A DNA stretch of 64,000 nucleotides from an uncultured Gammaproteobacteria bacterium (GTDB lineage: Bacteria; Patescibacteriota; Microgenomatia; UBA8517). The stretch lies in assembly GCA_964427735.1 (NCBI GenBank), contig CAYRUS010000001.1, positions 25,856-89,855 of the forward strand, in the 5' to 3' direction. The notes under the pieces are model-generated. The model was not told where the DNA came from and did no database searches. It was given only the letters and a program-made list of their open reading frames with translations. The position numbers and the translations under genes were made by a program. Below, piece after piece: positions 59,607 to 64,000 of the stretch; position 1 is the stretch's first letter; every line of letters starts with the position of its first letter.

Positions 59607-60386
59607 CTATTCTATACCAAACAAAAGTTTTGCATTTATTGTTGTTTCTCTTGTTATCACTTCTGGGTCTTCACCTTTTAGACTTGCAATTTTTTGAATT
59701 ATATAAACTAAATTTTTTGGCTCGTTTGGAAAAGACTTTTCTTTTTTAATTGGCTCAGGAGTTAGAAAAGGAGAATCTGTTTCAACAACTAGCCTTTCTA
59801 AAGAAATTTCTTTTATAAATTCCTGCTTTTTTGTGTCATAGGTAATATCTCCATCAACACCAATAAATATTTTTTTATCAAGAGCAAACTCTAATAATTC
59901 TTTAGAAACTTCCATACAATGAAATACAATCCTTTCTTGTAAAGAGTCAGACCAAGCTTCATTTAGTACTTTTAATACATCTTCAGAGGCTTGTCTACTG
60001 TGAATAATTAATGTCTTATTCATTTTTAACGACAAAATCACATGTTCTTTAAAATAAATTTTTTGAATCCTAGTAGGAGTTTCAAATCTATAATAATCCA
60101 GTCCAGTTTCACCAATAGCAACTACATTAGGTTCGTAAGCTAATTCTTTAATTTTTAGTATATTTTTTTCTAGGCTTTCTTCATCTAGATTTTCTGTAGG
60201 GTGAATTCCTACTGCTGCATATACATTTTCGTATAATCCAGCTGTTTCTACAGCTTTTTTAGATGTTTTTATATTTGTACCTGGAATTACAAAATATTTT
60301 ACACCAGCATCTCTTGCTCCATTAATTACTATTCTTTGGCGTTCTTCAAATTCATCCAAATTTAAATGACAATGTGTGTCAAACAT
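59607..60386 (-). CDS. tatD: TatD family nuclease
   Basis: DTHCH, GIHP, IGETGLDY, HSR, FHC, ETDSP. Confidence 0.95.
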   Translation of the reverse strand: MFDTHCHLNLDEFEERQRIVINGARDAGVKYFVIPGTNIKTSKKAVETAGLYENVYAAVGIHPTENLDEESLEKNILKIKELAYEPNVVAIGETGLDYYRFETPTRIQKIYFKEHVILSLKMNKTLIIHSRQASEDVLKVLNEAWSDSLQERIVFHCMEVSKELLEFALDKKIFIGVDGDITYDTKKQEFIKEISLERLVVETDSPFLTPEPIKKEKSFPNEPKNLVYIIQKIASLKGEDPEVITRETTINAKLLFGIE

Positions 60387-60421
60387 ATTGATTAAGATAT
60401 TTTATAAAATCTCGAGAAGAT

Positions 60422-61114
60422 TTAGTAGTTTACAACTCTTTTTATATTTGCTTCGTTTTGAAGTCCAGATATGAATTCTTGATAACTCATAGTAAGACGT
60501 TCTTGGGTTAGTTGATCTTTGATTTGATCTTTAACATCTTCAAATTCTGTATCTTCACCATAGAGTTCTGAATTTTCATCATAGTAGTTTTGTGCTTCTT
60601 CATCTGTAACCTCCATATTATCACCTAACATTTTCTCTATTGCCAATTGAAGCCTTACGTTCTCGCGTAAGTCATTCATGGTTTGTCCTTGAATAGAAAG
60701 TGCATTTTCTAGAGTCAATCCCTGCTCATCGAGTTGTGACCTTATTTCTTCAATTTCTGCGTCAACTTCTTCCTGCGTAGGGAAGGCGTTTTGTTCTCTT
60801 GCTTCATCTTCAATTAATCTTTTTGTTATTAAATTACTAAGTACTTCTTCTCCACCTTGTGCTTCAAGTTGTTGAACTACTTCATATCTAAATACTGGTT
60901 TACCATTCACAAAAGCTGCAAAGATGTATGCTCTTAGAAGATAGCCAATTCCTGTTAATACAATTATTCCCAAAAGAAGAAAATATAGTCTTCTTGTTTT
61001 TTGACTATCTATCTTATTCCCAAATCTTTTATTTAAATTCTTTCTATAATTTTTGGTTCGCTTATCCAAGTTTTTGCGGAGGTCTTTTAATCTATCCTGT
61101 AATTTGTTTATCAT
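60422..61114 (-). CDS. SurA N-terminal/PrsA-like chaperone without parvulin domain
   Basis: TM, AAFVNGKP, LI..EA, VTDEEAQNYYDEN followed directly by FEDVKDQI. Confidence 0.8.
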   Translation of the reverse strand: MINKLQDRLKDLRKNLDKRTKNYRKNLNKRFGNKIDSQKTRRLYFLLLGIIVLTGIGYLLRAYIFAAFVNGKPVFRYEVVQQLEAQGGEEVLSNLITKRLIEDEAREQNAFPTQEEVDAEIEEIRSQLDEQGLTLENALSIQGQTMNDLRENVRLQLAIEKMLGDNMEVTDEEAQNYYDENSELYGEDTEFEDVKDQIKDQLTQERLTMSYQEFISGLQNEANIKRVVNY

Positions 61115-61207
61115 TTTGTCAAATTTATCATAACCGCAACAAAAAGCAAGAACTAAACTTATGTTCTCCGATTACAATAATAATCAAAATAATACTTGAT
61201 TCTCTGA

Positions 61208-61822
61208 TTACATTTCAATGGCTTCTTTGAAGTAAGTTTGCACTTGAGGCCAATTAACTACATTCCACCAGGCATTTATATAATCCGATCTTTTGTTTTG
61301 GTATTTAAGATAATATGCATGTTCCCAAACATCTATTCCTAGTATGGGATATCTTCCAGACATTAAAGGTGAATCTTGATTAAGAGTATCTACTATTTCT
61401 AATTGACTATTGTTTACAACTAGCCATGCCCATCCACTTCCAAAATGAGTTGCAGCTACTTCAGAGAATTTTTCTTTAAATTCATTAAATCCGCTAAAGG
61501 CATTGTTTATTGCTTCTACAAGCTCGCCAGTCGGTTCAGAATCTGCGTTTGGGGTCATTATGGTCCAAAAAAGTGAGTGGTTTGCATGTCCGCCTCCGTT
61601 ATTTCGAACATTTTCTTGTATTTCCATTGGTATATTTTCAAAGTTAGACATTAATTCATAAATATCCATATTTAGTAAATCATTATGACTTTCTAAAGCT
61701 TTATTTAATTTATCAACGTAACCAGCATGATGCTTAGTGTGGTGAATTTGCATTGTTTCTTCGTCTATGTGCGGTTCTAATGCATTATAGCTATATGGAA
61801 GTTCTGGTAATTGAAATGCCAT
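61208..61822 (-). CDS. sodA: Mn/Fe superoxide dismutase (Mn-type signature)
   Basis: [26 protein letters not shown]. Confidence 0.95.
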   Translation of the reverse strand: MAFQLPELPYSYNALEPHIDEETMQIHHTKHHAGYVDKLNKALESHNDLLNMDIYELMSNFENIPMEIQENVRNNGGGHANHSLFWTIMTPNADSEPTGELVEAINNAFSGFNEFKEKFSEVAATHFGSGWAWLVVNNSQLEIVDTLNQDSPLMSGRYPILGIDVWEHAYYLKYQNKRSDYINAWWNVVNWPQVQTYFKEAIEM

Positions 61823-61893
61823 AGTATACTAACTTTATCTTGTTTTTATAAGAAATTCAATTAGTTAAAAGTAAGGCTTTGGTAATAGTCTTC

Positions 61894-62175
61894 TTAGAAT
61901 TTCTCTACCTCTTTTTTAAATTCTGGGAAATATTTACCTATCTTTTCTAAATTAAATTGAGCAAGGATATCTTCTTTTTTTTCTTTTTTAAGTAGGAATA
62001 AAAAAGATTTTCTAATTATTTCTTTTGGAGGTGTCACTGTATCCAAGTTTTCGTAGTATTCTTTGTCTAAGGTCACATCATGAAATGTCTCAGAATCTTC
62101 ATCTATCACGCACACTTCGTATTTCCATACCTTGTCGTCTTCATCTAATAAAACAATCTCAATTTCATGATCCAT
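61894..62175 (-). CDS. Hypothetical protein
   Basis: SFLFLLKKE...IL..F....I.KYFPEF; TGtTATAAT 5 nt upstream of the ATG. Confidence 0.75.
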   Translation of the reverse strand: MDHEIEIVLLDEDDKVWKYEVCVIDEDSETFHDVTLDKEYYENLDTVTPPKEIIRKSFLFLLKKEKKEDILAQFNLEKIGKYFPEFKKEVEKF

Positions 62176-62354
62176 AATTTATTATAACAAAACGTAAACA
62201 ATTTTAAATAATACGAAAAGATGCATTTTGTAGTGATTAATACCAATAAATGACAGTTGACTTTTTAATTTTCATAAGCTTAAGTGTATAAGCCCATATA
62301 TATTAATTATATATAATTGTTTTTTACCTGCCCCAATAGATTAATTTAATACTT

Positions 62355-62690
62355 ATGAGAGAAAATAATTTATCACACACGGGTCAAGCTCCTGAAAACC
62401 CACCATCAGAGTCAGATATAAAAAGTGAAATTAATTTATTAAGAGAACACCTTGAAAGATCACAATTTTCTATACTGGTAAGCAGTGCGATAGATTTTAG
62501 ACTTAGAAATTTATATGACCAACTGGAGGATGACGAACAGCTCAATGCTTATCAGATAAAAGAGTTAGAGAGTTTTGTTAACACTTTACAGGAAGATAAG
62601 AGGAATCATAGTTTCACTACTCATGTCAGAAATGCTGTAAGATTTAGAGTTGATTATCTGGAAGATCTATTAGGAGAATTTCAACAATGA
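62355..62690 (+). CDS. Hypothetical helical protein
   Basis: 111 aa ORF whose stop overlaps the next ATG (ATGA). Confidence 0.65.
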   Translation: MRENNLSHTGQAPENPPSESDIKSEINLLREHLERSQFSILVSSAIDFRLRNLYDQLEDDEQLNAYQIKELESFVNTLQEDKRNHSFTTHVRNAVRFRVDYLEDLLGEFQQ

Positions 62691-63994
62691 AAAGAATATT
62701 TTTAAGCTTTACTATTATTACAGCTATAATCACAATTACATTAGGCGCGACCCGCGCCTTTTTTTCTGACACAGAAACTTCTGTTAACAATAATTTGGCT
62801 GCAGGAGCTATTGATTTACTAATCGGAAATGAAAGTTATTACAATGGTGTCGTTTCTGATGCAACCTCGTGGCTTCCATCAGATTTAGATAGCACTACAT
62901 TGTTTTTTGATTTTAATGATCTCAAACCTTCTGACTGGGGAGAAGATACAATTGGAATACAAGTTAACACCAATGACGCATGGGCTTGTATGGATATTAC
63001 TCTTACTCATGACGACGATGGAACTTGCACAGAACCAGAAAATTTAGATGACCCTAGCTGTGTAGAAAATAATAATGATTTGTTTGATGGAGAGCTTGGA
63101 GGGTTAGTTAATTTTATTTTCTGGGCAGATGATGGAGATAATGTTTTAGAAGATAATGAAAACAATTATATTTTGCAAGGTCCTGCTAGTGATGTACTAA
63201 ACTCAAGTATTGCACTAGCTGATTCAAGTAGTTCAGTATTCCCTGAATCATTGCTTGCTGATTCCGGTGCTTTGATTGGTGAAGAAACTTATTATATAGG
63301 CAAAGCTTGGTGTTTTGGAACTCTTACACCAGAGCCTTTACCTCAAGATAATGGATCTGATGAGGATCGTTCTCCTGCAACAACTACAGGTGGTATTTCT
63401 TGTGACGGAAGCTCAATAAATAATGCAGCCCAAACAGACATTGTGATGGGTGATGTTCAATTTCGTGCGATTCAAGCAAGAAACAATGAATCATTCCAAT
63501 GCACTCAAGATATTGTCTGTGAAGAAGTTTGGGCAGATGGGTTTGCAGAAGTGCAGCAAAAGTTGAGGAAAAACAGCACAGCAGTTTTAGCTACCAGAAG
63601 CGATCCTAATCAAGCTCTGATAGCAGAAACAAACGGTGATCCATTCGATAGTTCTGTTACAGAAGGTACTTTCTATAGTTTAGGGTTTGGCGGCTCTATT
63701 GTAATAACTTTCGACAATCCTATACACAACAAAGATGGTAATGATTTAAAGATCTTTGAAGTTACAGGTGGCACTTCTTATCCAGAGGAAAAAATTCAAG
63801 TTGAGGCTTGGGACGGAGTTAGCTGGGTAGAAATTACTTCATCACTAACAAGAGATGGTGAACTTGATTTAGGTCCTCTTTCCCAAACAAACAGGATAAG
63901 AATTACTGATATAAGTAATATAAATTTGTTTGAAAATACGGCAGATGGATATGACCTGGATGGTGTAAGAGCTTTCTGCGGTACATCGCAATAA
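62687..63994 (+). CDS. Secreted TasA/CalY-like protein with SipW-type signal peptide
   Basis: LGATRAFFSDTETS.NN..AG.IDL, DLKPSD; C-terminal SLGFGG...DGYDLD domain. Confidence 0.8.
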   Translation: MKRIFLSFTIITAIITITLGATRAFFSDTETSVNNNLAAGAIDLLIGNESYYNGVVSDATSWLPSDLDSTTLFFDFNDLKPSDWGEDTIGIQVNTNDAWACMDITLTHDDDGTCTEPENLDDPSCVENNNDLFDGELGGLVNFIFWADDGDNVLEDNENNYILQGPASDVLNSSIALADSSSSVFPESLLADSGALIGEETYYIGKAWCFGTLTPEPLPQDNGSDEDRSPATTTGGISCDGSSINNAAQTDIVMGDVQFRAIQARNNESFQCTQDIVCEEVWADGFAEVQQKLRKNSTAVLATRSDPNQALIAETNGDPFDSSVTEGTFYSLGFGGSIVITFDNPIHNKDGNDLKIFEVTGGTSYPEEKIQVEAWDGVSWVEITSSLTRDGELDLGPLSQTNRIRITDISNINLFENTADGYDLDGVRAFCGTSQ

Positions 63995-64000
63995 ATAAAC

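Noticed and set aside
1-64000. Alternative genetic code (TGA=Gly as in Gracilibacteria, or TAG recoding)
   Set aside because: Long core genes are open in code 11, and both TGA and TAG end genes at expected positions.

Overview
AT-rich bacterial chromosome segment in standard code 11. Gene content and style suggest Patescibacteria/CPR, probably Microgenomates (inference). It contains: (i) a partial trigger factor, membrane/hydrolase genes and a LexA-boxed cassette of a small ORF plus a Y-family polymerase; (ii) a ~19 kb stretch (9.5-28.3 kb) with 13 tRNA genes interleaved with orphan ORFs, pyrG and an archaeal/eukaryotic-type DRG GTPase; (iii) a decaying accessory region after tRNA-His (28.3-36.6 kb) with an intact nucleotidyltransferase / flavoprotein / GH106-like operon, a wHTH-Nudix gene and several interrupted genes; (iv) secG, uvrC, uvrA, uvrB and lexA; (v) a central carbon cluster (phosphohexomutase, PGI/PMI, ppsA, eno, gpmI), holA, tatD, sod and a TasA/CalY-like secreted protein. 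Notable non-gene signals are pervasive -10 boxes 5-9 nt before start codons (leaderless mRNAs), a TTCGG-N6-TTCGG operator at SOS genes, a candidate ~80 nt sRNA with its own promoter and terminator, a multi-hairpin intergenic region, and three frameshifts at 8-nt homopolymers. I saw no CRISPR array, integrase, transposase or rRNA. All calls are by eye; no searches were run.
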